In this document: in pieces, positions 50,341 through 63,932 of the stretch
How the letters are laid out: every line of letters begins with the position of its first letter
Numbering within the stretch: the stretch's first letter is position 1
Origin: Anolis carolinensis
Taxonomy: Eukaryota
Direction: 5' to 3'
DNA: 64,000 bases
Assembly (NCBI RefSeq): GCF_035594765.1
Contig: NW_026943824.1
Location: forward strand, 9,061,451-9,125,450
Notes under the pieces: model-generated
What the model was told of the DNA's origin: nothing
Databases searched by the model: none
Seen by the model: only the letters and a program-made list of their open reading frames with translations
Program-made: the position numbers and the translations under genes

Positions 50341-53300
50341 GTAAGGCGAGGCCCAGGTGGGAGTTGGGCCTAGCATGTTCCTTTGGTATGGATGTCAAAT
50401 GCGTCCTGAATTATTATTTCTCACTAGCTTGGGGACCCGGCGATGCCCGGGTCATTTGAGAATGGTATTACAGTAGAGTCTCACTTATCCAACACTCGCT
50501 TATCCAACGTTCTGGATTATCCAACGCATTTTTGTAGTCAATGTTTTCAATATATCATGATATTTTGGTGCTAAATTCGTAAATACAGTAATTACCACAT
50601 AGCATTACTGCGTATTGAACTACTTTTTCTGTCAGATTTGTTGTATAACATGATGTTTTGGTGCTTAATTTGTAAAATCATAAACTAATTTGATGTTTAA
50701 TAGGCTTTTCCTTAATGCCTCCTTATTATCCAACATATTCGCGTATCCAACATTCTGCTGGCCCGTTTATGTTGGATAAGTGAGACTCTACTGTATTTGT
50801 CTTTTAATGTTATGTATTCTGTTTGGAGTGGGTGAACTACAATTCCTAGAATTGTGTGGTGCAGTACTCTGTGGATGGGGGTGAACTACTGCAATTTCCA
50901 GATTCCTGGGGTAATTGTCCCGAAATATCTATCAGTATTCACAGCAGGCAATATTCAGTCTGTGTGCCAAGTTCAGTCTGTGTGCCAAGTCTAGATTCGT
51001 CATTGGCTGGGTTCAGTGGTCTTTGGATGGAGGTGAACTACAACCCCCAAAATCAAGGGCCCTTCCCACAAATACCTGCAGTATGTTCAGTAGGTCATGA
51101 GGCTTCTCTGTGTGAAGTGTGCTCCTAGTGCATTGTCAGTGAGGGTCAGTGTTTATCTGGTTCCAGGTGAACTATAACTCCCTTTTCCCCAAACTTGTCC
51201 AATATGTTGTATTGGTTATGTTCCCAGGTGAGTGTACAGCGGAATCAGCAGCGTCCAGTTAACACCATGTGCAAAAGACTCAGACCAGGCAGAGGAATTA
51301 AAAGAACAAAAGGAAATTTACTTGTTGAGTTGAAGACAAATAAACAGTTCTGCAATCGTACAATGTCCATGTAGTTGCATAAGATCAATAACTAATCAAT
51401 CAGCATTCAATATATATACAGCATAGCATATTTAAATTGCTACTTGACCGTAGCTATTAGAGAGCCTGTCTTTTTCTGTGCTCTCCCAGCAAGCTCAAAT
51501 TCCAACTGTCAAATCCAGCCATCTGCCAGCAAACTGATACATTGTTTGAGGCATGGCTTGCCTCTGCAAAGCTCAGCTCCCTTTATTTTGCAGAGTTCTT
51601 TTGCAAGGATTTCTTTACACACACACATAGCAATTTGGCGCAATAGGTTATGGGGCTCTGTGTGCCAAGTGTGATGCTCATTCATTGCAAGTGAACTATA
51701 AATCCTAGTACCTACTACTCCTGAACTTCCAGTCCAGTTCCCCTCCAAACCCACCAGTAGTCAAATCTGTAGGTGAACTACAACTCTTGTATATTCCCCA
51801 GTAGGAGTGACAGTGCTCTGACTTGATGCAGGGTGAACTACAACTTCCACCATGTGGAGTCAATCTCTAAACTCCTCCAGTAAGTTTAGTTGCAGCTCAG
51901 TTCTGCTCTGTTTGTTATGCAGAGAGATTGGAAAGGAAAGGGCAGTGGGCGGGGCCATGCAAATTCCACAGCAATGGAGAACCCTGGGATGCCTGCCTGT
52001 GGTGGAAGACAAAGCAAAATCTAGGAGGAAATTGTCCCCAAATGAAAGCATTCCTTGGGTGGTGGGCTGTAGTGTTTGGGAAGGACATTGGCAGGGGCTG
52101 GGATACATGTTCATGGCGCTCGTTACGACTATGTCAGTGGAAAAGAGTGACTTGCTAGATTTTTAACCCTGGGAAGTATAATCTGTTTGTGGAGGCCGGA
52201 GGCTGTCTGTGTGAGCAGATATCTGTGCCACATACACACATACGGGTTTTCGCTTTTATTATGGATTTAGATTAGATTTAGATTAGATTAGATTTAGATT
52301 AGATTTAGATGTCTTTTCAATTATTTCATACTGCCTGTGCATGGATTTCAAAATGTTTAAAGCAGGCCTGGAAAAACTTTGGCTCTCCAGGAATTACAGT
52401 TGAGGCTTGAGTCTGTTTGGGTACAGAAGCCAGTGTAGGAAGTTAGAAGTCAGTTGAGGCTTGAGTCTGTTGGAAGTGAGGCATGAATTCCTCGGAGCTG
52501 GACTGTTATAAAAGAGGTGTACAGAGCAATATAGTTTTGAAGAGACTGTTAAAGACTATACGTTAATAATAATAATTATTATTTATGCCCCGCCTCCATC
52601 CCCCCGGAGGGACTCAGGGCGGCTTACACGGGTCGAACCCAGATAAAAACAGCAACAATATAAAACACATCAAATGTACAGGGACATGTGCAATTATAAA
52701 AACACACATTAACACATACAGGTAAAATAGCTAACTTAATAACATAATTAAAGCACAAGTTAAAAATAGACTGAATAAAGTGCACCGTATAAATTTCAAA
52801 CCTGAGGTAGGTGACAAAGTGCTACAGATTAATGAGAGGACAACTGAAATACAAACTGAAACATTTTAAAGCTTAACCTGACAAGAATTGTACCTGTATA
52901 TTTGGATACATGAAGTAAAACAAACATGTGATTTTAAAGAATTCTACTTGAATCTTTGTCTGCTGAGAGAATTGAATAGAAACAAGCTATTTATGCACCT
53001 AGTGATCTTCCATTACCTAATAAACTGAAAGAACACTTCCGAAACTCTGCTACCCAATAGGCTATGATCCTAACAGATCATAATCCCTAATAGGTTATGA
53101 TCCTAACAGGTCATAATCCACTAGTTCAATAGTACCTTTACCTTTATAGGTTTTTTGTAATCTTACTGCTGCTTGTTATGAGTTTCCCCACGATGACTGT
53201 AAGTTTGCTGTGTACCTGATGAAATACGTATTTTTGTTATAGCGGTTTAGTATGCTTTTTCAGTATGTCTGTCCTGCTGGCTCATGTTGTATGTCCTTGA

Positions 53301-56300
53301 TTTTATTTTTATAGGCAGCTTGGTATCATTAGAAGAATCTCTAAAACATCGCCCAGTGCTCAAAGTCACAGTAGACCCAAACTACGTGAGTATTAAGTCT
53401 GTTTTGCAAGGCCAATGTTCTCTTGTTGTTATAAGTAATCACAATTCACAGTTCCTTTGGTATTACAGGGCAGTTGTTTGACTACTTAATCATTATTGAC
53501 TTTGAGTCTACCTGCTGGAACGACAGACGGAAATGTTACAGTCAAGAAATAAGTAAGTAAAGGTTTAGAATTTGGGAAAATTACGAAGAATCTGAAGTGA
53601 CTGAATGAATAAACCATAACAATATTTATCCAATTTTTTGCATAAGAGTTTGTATTAATTTATATGAGAGGCTGGCATTGGATAGCTGAAGCAGGCAACT
53701 GTGTGTATGTATGTGTCTCCTATCAATTTCTCCTCTCATTAGATTTGATCGTTCCAAAGAATTTCTTGTCATGGCAGTCATTTATAGCAAGCCAAAATCA
53801 GTGTGACATGTAGCTTCACCCTTCACCCATACACAGAGCTTGACTATACTGTTTTGGCAGATTTTATACATTCTTTGAAAAGAACAGCAGGAAAGGTTGA
53901 ACCTTGGGAGTTTTCTTGGGAAGAGGCTCTGGATTAAGGCTTTCAGAATAGCTATGTAATTGTAGATAATACAAGATAATACACAAATCATTTTGTCATT
54001 GTAAACAATATAGCTGTACAATACTTTCACATAAACTAGTTTTATTTTAAAACTAACTAGAAATATTCATTAAAATATACTTTTTTCATTAGTTGAATTT
54101 CCAGCAGTTTTATTAAACACCTCAGATGGAGAGATTGAATCTGAATTTCATATGTATGTCCAACCGCAAGAACATCCGCTTCTTTCTGAATTTTGCACTG
54201 AGCTCACTGGCATAACACAGGTACAGTTTCACATTTTGTATTACAATTTGGGCACAGTTTGTGCACAAGTGTATAATTTCACTTAGTGTCGAAACTCCAT
54301 GAACATTATCTATGTTAAGGATGCATTGACTTAAGATTGGTTTTACTTGTGTTCTGTCTTTTTAAAGAGCCAAGTTGACGATGGCGTCCCTTTGCATATA
54401 TGCTTATCCCAGTTTTCCAAATGGATTCAAAAGATACAAAAGGAGAAAAACATTATTTTTACCTCAGGCCATTCAAGCTGTGCTGCTTCCGAAGGCAAAC
54501 TGTGTGCTTTTGTTACGTGGTCAGGTAATTTGTCGTGTCCCAAAAAAGAAGGGGGAGGCTCAGCAGGAAATGAAATGGGACAGAGCTATATCAGGCACCT
54601 TGGAATATCTAGTCTGGGATGAAGAATTTCATCCGCTCCTCACTTCCCAGTGCTTTCGTGGAGCCACTGCTGATAGATAGAGCTAGCGTTCAATGTCTCC
54701 TCTTTCTTAGACTTGTGGCCTCCTAAAGACATTCCTGTCCCATAATTTCTCCTCACTCCAGAGAGATGAAGGTATGGGGAGGAACAGCCAATTATACAAA
54801 AAAGTACCTATAAATCTTGTCATGTTTTGCTATGTAAAGAAGGTTGAGAGGAGACATGTTTCAGTATTTGAAACGATGTCATAAGGAAGAGGGAGCAGAC
54901 TTTTTTTCCCTCTGCCCTGGAGACTAGAACTCACTGGAACAGTGGGTTCAAATGATAGGAAAGGAAATTCCACCTGAATATCAAGAACGATTTCTTGACT
55001 GTAAGAGCTGTTCAGGAGTGGAACCCTCTGCCTCAGTGTGGTGGAAGCTCCTCCTTTGGAGGCTTTTAAGTAGAAACTGGATGGTTATCTGTCAGAGGGG
55101 CTTTGATTGTGCTTTTCTGGATGACCAAATTCTATGGTTCAATGATACTTTGCTATGTTTTGTCATGCACTTTCATGAGAACCTTTATAACATAAAATAT
55201 TTGCATTGAAAAAAATCGGAGATTTACTAGATGCAGAAATGTGCTTGTGCATTAGAATGCACTCACAACTTTGAGTTTCTGCTGGAGCAGTGTAATTTGC
55301 CCCATGCATTCCACAATTGCAGCATGTAACACAAGAGCTTTCTGTAGGCTGGATTGCTTATGTATTATACCTGCTCACCTTGGCTCTGATTGTTGAATTC
55401 ACACCAGCTAAACAGACAGCTACGGTTTTAGATTTCCACAACTGCACTATGTCCCTTGGCAAGTTATCATGCATCAGGTTATCTCCAGGGCCAGACGCTA
55501 ACTAGATCATTTCCTTGTTTCTAACATAAAAAAGGATTTCACACTGAAAAGGTTATAGAAACAATGGATGCAGTTCGACCTGACTACAGTAGGCATAAAG
55601 TGTAAGACGTTACTTCTGTACTTGTTTCCTGCATAGATTGGGACCTAGGAGTTTGTTTGCATTATGAATGTAAGCGGAAACAGCTGCGAAAACCTGACAT
55701 TTTAAACTCTTGGATTGATCTCCGAGCAACTTACAAGGTGAAAGTACTATCAAGCTGGAGTATAACTATTATCTGAGATGATTTTTGTAAAATAGTGTAT
55801 ACCTTTTATCCATGGCTATCTTAGAATAACTGAATTTGTTCATGGCAGTGTACTGTTCATGGTTTGATGAGAAACCTATTTAGATGAAATGTGTAGAAAA
55901 AAATTGCTGCTTTTTTGCTCTCAATAAAGAGAGCTGTGTATGTGAAAAACTACATTCTGGAACAAAGAATCTGAGGCCATTTAAATATAACAGATTGGCT
56001 AATGAGTTCACATATATTTGCTCTTAGGTTTTTTACTCTAGGAAGCCACAAGGATTAAAGGGTGCTCTTCAGGATGTGGGAATTATATTTGCAGGCAGAG
56101 AGCATTCTGGTGAGTTTTTTAAAAAAGGCTTTATCTTTGCAACCATGAACAATGAATGAATGAGACCCTTACCACTTGAAAACATGGGGTTTCAAGTGAT
56201 TACTATTAGATGCCTCTCCCAGCCCACAAAGAGTGTCTGCCTCAGTCATTCACAAGATGGTGACCCCGTAACATAAAGCCCAAGGAGATATTTTCAATTT

Positions 56301-58564
56301 GCGCAGTTATTTTTTTATTTCTGGCTCAAAATAGATAGTAAAACTTGATGACTCGTTAAACCATTTGTAACTTTTTGTGTAGTTGCAACATGTTGCCATT
56401 GTGAAATGTACTGCTATTAAACTGGGTCCATCATTTTCAAACACCCTTTATTATTAAAATACAATTTCCGATAATGGATGGGGATGGTAGGTGCTGTAGT
56501 ACTCCAGAGTTGTAGAGTGGGGAAGGCTAGGTCAGTCTGTACAGACTTCTGACATTGGATGGTAGGAATAAATAGTTACAAATTCTTTTGTAACAACTTC
56601 AGTTCTTTATCATATATATGTTGGAAAAGGGTATTTTTTAGATTGGAATTCTCAGGCCGGGCTGTGGTGCAGGCTGGTTAGCAGCCAGCTGCAACAAATC
56701 ACTCTAACCAAGAGGTCATGAGTTCGAGGCCAGCCCGTCCCAGTGTTTGTCTCTGTCTCTGTTCTATGTTATGGCTAAGAATGTTTGCCTTATGTGTGTG
56801 CAATGTGATCCACCCTGAGTCCCCTTCAGGGTGAGAAGAGCGGAATATAAATACTGTAAATAAATAAAATTAATAAGTGACAGCGGCAGCCCTTCAAAGT
56901 ATTGCATGCAAGTCTATCTATAATAGAGGTTTTATTATCCCAAGGGCTGGATGATTCCCGGAATACGGCTCACTTGGCCTGGAGGATGATTCGTGATGGA
57001 TGTGTGATGAAAATCACCAAAACGTTAGATAAGGTTAGTGGCTTTTCTGCTTGGAACATATGACTGACAGATATAAAGGAAACCACTATTTACTGAAACA
57101 AATCTGAACTTGGATTTCATCCTGAAGAATTGTAAGGCACACCATGTTTCTTACTTGCTTTTGGTCTCTCTGTTGTTGGTTCCCACAATCTTTTTGTTTA
57201 TTTGTGGAATTTAGGTCCCTCCTACAAAGAATTCTATTGCTAGATTTTGTAATGGAAAATCTTGCATCGATACACCTTTGCTGAGCAGTGATGACGCACA
57301 GGCATCATGTTTGGACAAAACCAAAAACGGCGAATTTGCCAGCCAGATGAAAAATAAGAAGGAAAGTCACCAGCAAAAATTCAGTTCTGAACATTTGAAT
57401 CAACAGACAGATTTCAGCTCTGTACATTTACACGAGAATACCCATGTTCTGCCAAACAAGAGCAAGAAGAGCAATGAACATAACAAAATCTGTACCGGAA
57501 GTCTCCTTTCTCCTCTTGGCTCTTTCCAGTCTTCCTATTGTAACCCTATAGGCATCAAGCATGGGATAAATAATGGACATTTAATTTCAAATTTTTCAGC
57601 TCCCAATTCAGCACTGGTTTTGGTCCCTACCACTCTCACTACTGTCAATATTTCTGACACAGACATAAGTACTACTACTGATTGCTTATCAATGTTGACT
57701 GACTGGGAGGATGTTGCATTGATAACAGAATCACAAGATGATCAGAGTTCAGGATCTTTACAGCCTATGGATCAGACAAATAGTAAGGATTTGTATGAGG
57801 CTGGAGAGAGGATGGATGTGAATGAATCAACTGTAATGAACATAGTATCTGAAAATGTTGGACAAAATGCCCTGAATGTGGAACCATCAGGATCTGTTGT
57901 GTATAAAAGTCCTGGTACTACTATTTATAACACAAAAATAAACCCACCTATTATTTCTAACATAGAAATAGATCCAAATAAGCGTTTAAATACTTCTGTA
58001 TTTAAGCTGCCCCCTTCAAAGGCAAAAACTACTCACACAAATGTATCTAATGGAAAAAATCAATTGACACATCTACCCAACCTTTCTAAGCGGAAACCTT
58101 CCAGTCCCAAATCTTTGCCTCCATCAAAAAAACTAGCCTTTTCCATACATGAAGATAAAGGGACATCATCTAAACCCTCCCTGCCATTTGGGTCAGGTTT
58201 ACGTAGCATACCTGTTGGTATTTTAAAATCCTCTGTTAGCGTCAACCAATCTTTCAGGGCTAGGGAAACCGGCAGAGTGACTGCTCCTATGTGCAAGTGC
58301 GGCCGGAGAGCCAGGCGGCTCAATGTTTCAAACGGGGGTCCAAATCATGGCAAAGTGTTTTATAGTTGCCCAGTGCGAAAGCCGGAGGGGGGTCGAAAGG
58401 GTTGTGGCTATTTCAAATGGGAGCACGTGCTTTTGAAGGAGAAGCTGATGCCTCTGCCTCATTGCTCGAATGCTGTGGAGCTTTTACCTAATAGAGCAAG
58501 CTGCAAGGCTTCAGAAAATTCTGAAACAAAATGCCTGGGTCTCCGGCCCTCTATGCGAATGTAG
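50318..58564 (+). CDS. ERI2: ERI1 exoribonuclease family member 2 (DEDDh plus GRF zinc finger), join(50318..50340,53315..53385,53469..53552,54093..54220,54368..54524,55637..55737,56028..56109,56945..57033,57215..58564), 694 aa
   Basis: MATKELARQLG start; IIIDFESTCW, FVTWSDWDLG and REHSGLDDSRNTA exo motifs; C-terminal CKCGRR..NHGKVFYSC..CGYFKWE GRF finger; ends LRPSMRM. All introns GT-AG; 2085 nt in frame. Confidence 0.96.
50471..50793 (+). mobile_element. Tc1/mariner-type MITE, 323 bp, copy 4
   Basis: TIRs and TA TSD; nested in the Helitron. Confidence 0.9.
51219..51645 (-). mobile_element. Probable solo LTR nested in the Helitron
   Basis: TGTT...AATA termini; 5-bp TSD ggtta at 51214-51218 and 51646-51650; minus-strand AGTAAA followed by a U5-like T-rich tract. 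Confidence 0.6.
54830..55140 (+). mobile_element. CR1 LINE 3' fragment
   Basis: ggttgagaggagacatg...gatgtcataaggaagagggagcag...attccacctgaatatcaag...ttctatggttc. Confidence 0.7.
56655..56868 (+). mobile_element. tRNA-derived SINE with L2-like tail
   Basis: ggccgggctgtggtgcag head, B box gagttcgaggc, tail ccctgagtcccct...tataaatactgtaaataaataaa. Similar isolated tails occur near 13640, 30070, 34640, 48580, 52590 and 61290. Confidence 0.65.
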
Positions 58565-58910
58565 CTCAACATCGCCACCTCTGCATCCCTTTAACCGTTA
58601 GCTCATATCATCACTGTTAATTTTGTGTACCAAGCATGTTATATGTCTATAGATCATGAATAGCCTATATAAAACTGCTAAAATCTTGTTTAAAAAATCA
58701 AGAAATATAATTGAGGGAAGCAGTGGGGGATCTTAGCATTATAGCATTTTAGCATTATAGGTGATTGATCACTGCTTTTTGTAAATTTTTAACTATGTAT
58801 ACATTTTAAGAACTTCATGAATTATGTTTCTATTGCTGGATAACTATAATGTGTAGAACCTATTGAAATTAGTTTACAAATCTTTTGACATTTTTTGGAA
58901 AAAAAATTGA

Positions 58911-58916
58911 AATAAA
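58911..58916 (+). terminator. ERI2 poly(A) signal AATAAA
   Basis: Canonical hexamer about 350 nt after the stop codon, followed by GT/T-rich downstream sequence. Confidence 0.7.
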
Positions 58917-58954
58917 GTATTGTGGTTTTAATTTTTTTAAAGCTTGTCTCTCTT

Positions 58955-59269
58955 GTGTTGTTGAAGGCTTTCATGGCCAGAATCACTGGGTTGCTGTGTG
59001 TTTTCTGGGCTGTATGACCATGTTCCAAAAACATTCTCACCTGATGTTTCGCAGGCTTTGAAGCTGCAAGGCCAGTCAGTGCTGGTCAAGGTGGCCAATT
59101 GCAACATTCCTACTTGCCTCAAACAGACAAGAGGTTTTTCTCCCACCCTGGATATTATTTCACAGATATATAAACCCCACTTGCCTAGTTTCCAACAGAC
59201 CTCACAACCTCTGAGGATGCCTGCCATAGATGTGGGCGAAACGTCAGGAGAGAATGCTCCTGGAACATG
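58955..59269. mobile_element. Inverted Penelope-like pLTR fragment between the ERI2 and ACSM3 3' ends
   Basis: Minus-oriented part about 58955-59051 and plus-oriented part about 59052-59269. Confidence 0.85.
59208..59248 (+). ncRNA. Minimal type I hammerhead ribozyme motif (Penelope-associated)
   Basis: Stem I cct/agg, CUGAGGA 59211-59217, stem II gcctgc/gtgggc, GAAA 59238-59241, palindromic stem III, GUC cleavage triplet 59243-59245. Confidence 0.7.
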
Positions 59270-59706
59270 CTAGACAAGTACATATCTAGGTTGGCCTTTG
59301 AACTCCTTGCAAATTCATGATGTTGCTAATTTCTGGGCTCCGAAAGCAAATATTTTTGGGACTTCTTGCAGAGTACACAATGTTCTTCTCTCTTTTAATC
59401 CAACATCTGGAATCCGGCTGACACTTTGCTTTGCTTAGCCTGGCAAGATGTTTTAGGATTTTATAGAAAGCAAATGTAGGGGTGAGTGGAGGGAAAATTC
59501 TCACTCAGAAATACCTACCAAGGCTCTGTTTCTTCCCTGTTTGTGTATCTAAAATTCATTCTAAATGTGTTGGATGTGTTAGATTTGCAGCCTGGGCCTT
59601 TACCGACAGATGTTGGCCCAACAAGATCTTGCTAGGACACACAAGGAATCAATATAAAACCTTTCATTCTTAGAACAAACTACAGTGGAAGTAAACAGAG
59701 ATCATT

Positions 59707-62700
59707 CTAACTTTCCCCCCACTCCTTCTTGCGCAATTCATTTCTTCTGATTTTCCCACTGATTGTCTTTGGCAGATGGGGCACAAACTCCACCTATTGG
59801 ACAAGAAGAGACGCGACAGCTAGGAAAAGTCATGATCAACACAACAGTACAAAACATCTGAGAATTGCAATGGGCACAGAAGATCAGTGGTACTGAAAAT
59901 GGGTAGCTTTTCAGTGTTAAAATCCCCATAACTTTGAGAAGGGGCAATCCAAAGAGAGAAATGGCCAGTGGTGGATATGGATGAACGTAGGTCAATGGAT
60001 GACAGGATTTAAAAGCAAAGAGATAGCAGGTGACAACAAGACTTCTGAAAGTAAGAACACTACATTTAGGGAGGTTCTTGGCATAAACAGGAAGCCAGCA
60101 CAGGGATTTATGGGGGAGCAATCATTTGACATGATAATGGCTCACCTTCCTTGGATACTTGTAAGGGGCAGTGACCTTTTTCACATGATCCTGCAGTTCC
60201 TTAATCAGTGCTTCTTGATCATGGGAAACATAGTTGGGTGCCAAAACCACAAAGGCTTTCACAACCTTAAAAAATAAAAGTACATTTGGGCAGATTATAA
60301 AAAGGTTTGTAAAGGCCTATGTGTGACAGCATTTTGGGTTGCCCAAGCATCAATCCCTTAAACCAGATTATGGAATTCAAGCAAATCACAGAAACTAAGC
60401 CACTTTTAAACCTAAGCAGACCAATTTAAGTGGCTTGGAGATTGCTGCCTGTCTATCCCAGCATAAAAAGCTCAACTCGACATAGGCCACGATGTTCTGG
60501 GGCCTGCATTTCTTGTAGACGGCATAAGATTTACAATAACAAGAAAAAACATGTACATAAGATACTGTGGATGTTCATCATTTCAAGTTTTCCTTCTTGC
60601 TTTAGATGTTTTGCAGAAGTCAAGTGAACTATATGAGGTATCTTTCTATATTTTGGACTGGACTTTTGGTCACTTTCCCTTTGGATGGAGTGGTCTGGAA
60701 AAGAAGCCAGGACAGGAAAGGTTCCCTGCCCCTACCAGTTGCAATAGATATAATCTATTATTGCAAGTCCCTCATTTAAATGTATTTAATTCTGCATTTT
60801 TAAAAAACAAGTCTTTTTACCTCTCCTCTGATGGGGTCTGGGCTGCTAACAACAGCCGATTCTACTACCGAAGGATGTTCTATCAATGCACTTTCCACTT
60901 CAAAGGGCCCAATGCGGTATCTTTGAAACAGAAAAAGAGCTTAGACATACTTTGGCTATTTAGCCGATTCCAAATGTTTAAAAGCACAGAATGAATTATG
61001 TTACCCAGCTGAATTGATGACATCATCTGCTCTTCCTACAAACCAGAAGTAGCCATCTTCATCTTTGATTCCTCTGTCCCCAGTGATATAGAAGTCTCCA
61101 TGGACGGTTGAGGCTGTTCTTTCTGGATCATCCTAGTATATGTAAACAAATCGTGACTCATAAAGTGCATTAGTTTGTGGATACTACTGCATTTGGGATT
61201 GTTATGTATTCATCTTTTAATATTAAAGAGACAAGAGTGAGTAGTCACGGAACTATTTATTTATTTATTTCCATCATTTCTATGCCGCCCTTCTCACCCA
61301 AAGGGACTGAGGGCGGCTCATAATCTGGCAAAATTCAATGCCGTATACAGTACAAAAAATAAAACATAGGCAATTAAAACAATCAATTTAGCATAATACA
61401 ATAAATACATTTAAAACAGTACAATAAAAATACTTAAACCATTCGTCCACAAAAACCTTGCACGTAAACTAGCTGCAGTTCAAATGGTAATATCCATTTG
61501 ATTACCAGTAGGATGATGTTGTTAAAATAGGATGTGGCAGTGGGGGTATCCATCTCTCCTTTGCCAGTTATGGTTTTTAAAAATTAGTTCAAGTGGACAA
61601 TTTTCAATGTTGGCTTTAACATACCTCTCCTTTGTTTTCAAAAAGAGAAACAAATGGGCATTCACATTGGCTAAATGTGTTTTCGGAGCACCAACTAGTC
61701 TCACAAGAATTCTTCAATCTCCAGTTTTTGTTTCTCTTTCAGAGGCCAAAAATTGCGATGGGACAACTGAATTACTGAAACATGTCAAAAGGCAATTGCA
61801 ATAAACCTTGGCTCCATAATTCTGTTGTTCAAATTTGCATCTATAGTTCGAACAGCGAAACATTTTGGTACTATTCCCAATTTTTTTTGAAAACTGGATT
61901 TAATTTGTTCTGAATTGGACAATACACAAATAACTTAACAGTTTCCATTTGCTTCCTTTAATGGGATTTTTTTTTAGTTCTTACCGTGTATTGAGTGAAA
62001 AGACAAAATGGCCTTGTAGGTTTTATTCGGATACCAATGTCTCCTTCTTTTCCAGAAGGCAAAATATTACCTTCTTCATTAATTATCTGAAAGAAATCAA
62101 ACGAAACATACTAAATGGATGCCAAATAGTGGTGTTTTTTATTTTTTCTGGAATTTTGAATTACAAATTTGGGTCAAAGGAAGATCTGAGAGAGATAAAT
62201 GGTATTAAATTCCAGCATCTTCAAGAATAGCAAAGGCCTCGGGTTCCAATTCTGAAGATTAATTGCTGATACGGTACCTGAGTATCATAGGCTGGAGATG
62301 GTTTCCCCATAGACCCTGGTTTAATTTTCATCCCTTTGAAAGTTCCACAAACCAGCACCTATTCCAAGAGGGGAAAAGTAAAGCATGGCAGAAATGCCTA
62401 TTTGCATACATATATTCAATTTGGTGATGTCTGTTATCAAGAAATTTCAGAATGGGCCAGAGGAAAGTGGTTTACTGAAGCCTCACATGAACCCACAGTT
62501 ATATATTGATAAGGTGATTAAATGTTTAACTCGAGAATGAGAAATCTTTGACCATTCAGGTACTTTGGACTACGATTTCCATATACCTTTACTATTTGCT
62601 GTGGTGGTTGACTCTCCTGGGAGCTAAAGTTCAAAACACCAGTGCAGTAATACGGTATTCCTTGCACCTTACTTAATAGAGATTTGCAAGATTAATAAGA

Positions 62701-63932
62701 ATAGCAACACAATATGTTTAAACTTTATAGTATGGATGTAATGCTATTTTATCTTGCAGTTTTATACAAGAATATAAGAGTTAACTGAAGTTTTCTCAAT
62801 ACAGAAAGAGACCACACTGCCCTTCCGTTTTGCACATGGTTCAGCTTACTGTTTCTGTCTGGCCATAACCTTCGTAAATATCCAGCCCTGTTTCCATTTT
62901 CCATTCTTCCATCACTTCGGGGTTCATGGGTTCTCCTGCACTTAGACAGTGTTTAAGACTGTGGAACTTATAACTTTTGACAAAGAGGAGAAAGGGAAAG
63001 GATGATTGTTAGCATCTTAAAAATGATACTATCAAACATAAATAAAGATTTAGTTTAGTGTTGATTTAGTTTAAAATTTGTGTGTGCACGAGCGTGTAAC
63101 AATTTTGAAAATCATGATTTGATATTGTAATTCAATCTGTCAAGAACAGGCAGGCAACAGTACTCTTTACTCCAAAGGTGAAAAGCCTAAGCTCTTCCAG
63201 ATATAGGTCAGCTCCTATCAGTTGCAGCTAGCATAGTAACAGGCATCATGGAAGAACACTGTAAGGCTCTATTAAAAATGGCTGCTGCTGTCTCTTTGCA
63301 AATAAGTTTACACAGGAAGCTCTTATTAACAATGCAAGAGAGAGGTAATCAATAGGAGGGCTTCTTGCCTCTGCTTCTTGTCACTGCATTTGTGTTGGGT
63401 CACTAATAGAAGCAGGCTGCCTTTTCATCCCCCCCAACTTTATGCTCCTATTACTATCTGTATATATACATGTTTAGAAAGGTTTGTTTTATTGTATTCA
63501 AGAAGCAAAATTGAAGTTACTGATTTCTTTTTTCTATTTATTTTTCTATTTTCTTGCCTCTTTTCTGTTTATTTCTTATTGTTAGAGTTAAATTTTATGG
63601 ATTTGAAAAAATAATAAAATATTATGGGGGGGAAAAAGAGAAATTGGCCCTCTAGAAAATTTTGAACTGTAGTTCCTTTCTAAGTCTCACATCTTTGATT
63701 ATTATTCTTAGGGATGCTGGAAATGGTGGGCTGGAAAATAGCTGGAGAGTCTCAGTTGCTCACCTCGGGTTTAGATTATAATCTGAGCCACACACCAGAA
63801 TAAATAGTCTCAATATGAAAGCATATTAAAACTAGAAGGAAGAAGTCTTTACCTGGTTAACTTGTGTTGTATCAACATTCGATAAGCAGTTGGAGGAGAA
63901 CACAAAGTTGTTATAGGAAATTTGGTCAATGT
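59707..63932 (-). CDS. ACSM3: Medium-chain acyl-CoA synthetase, 3' partial: complement(join(59707..59793,60146..60265,60821..60920,61005..61132,61985..62086,62278..62358,62850..62973,63853..63932)); 5' exons lie beyond the window
   Basis: [80 protein letters not shown] introns in frame. The paralogue name is assigned from synteny with ERI2. Confidence 0.88.

Larger units (their letters stand above)
50424..52309 (-). mobile_element. Non-autonomous Helitron in ERI2 intron 1, hosting two nested insertions
   Basis: Minus-strand 3' hairpin cccgggcatcgccggg plus CTAG|T at 50424; 5' end is (tctaa)n followed by tccataataaaagcgaaaa; internal ggtgaactacaa repeats. Confidence 0.75.

Noticed and set aside
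52396-53125. Possible LTR remnant with short tandem duplications
   Set aside because: Termini and TSD could not be established; too uncertain to call
59738-60994. ORFs of 98-147 aa overlapping ACSM3
   Set aside because: They are intronic, antisense or off-frame overlaps with ACSM3 exons and have no independent coding signal
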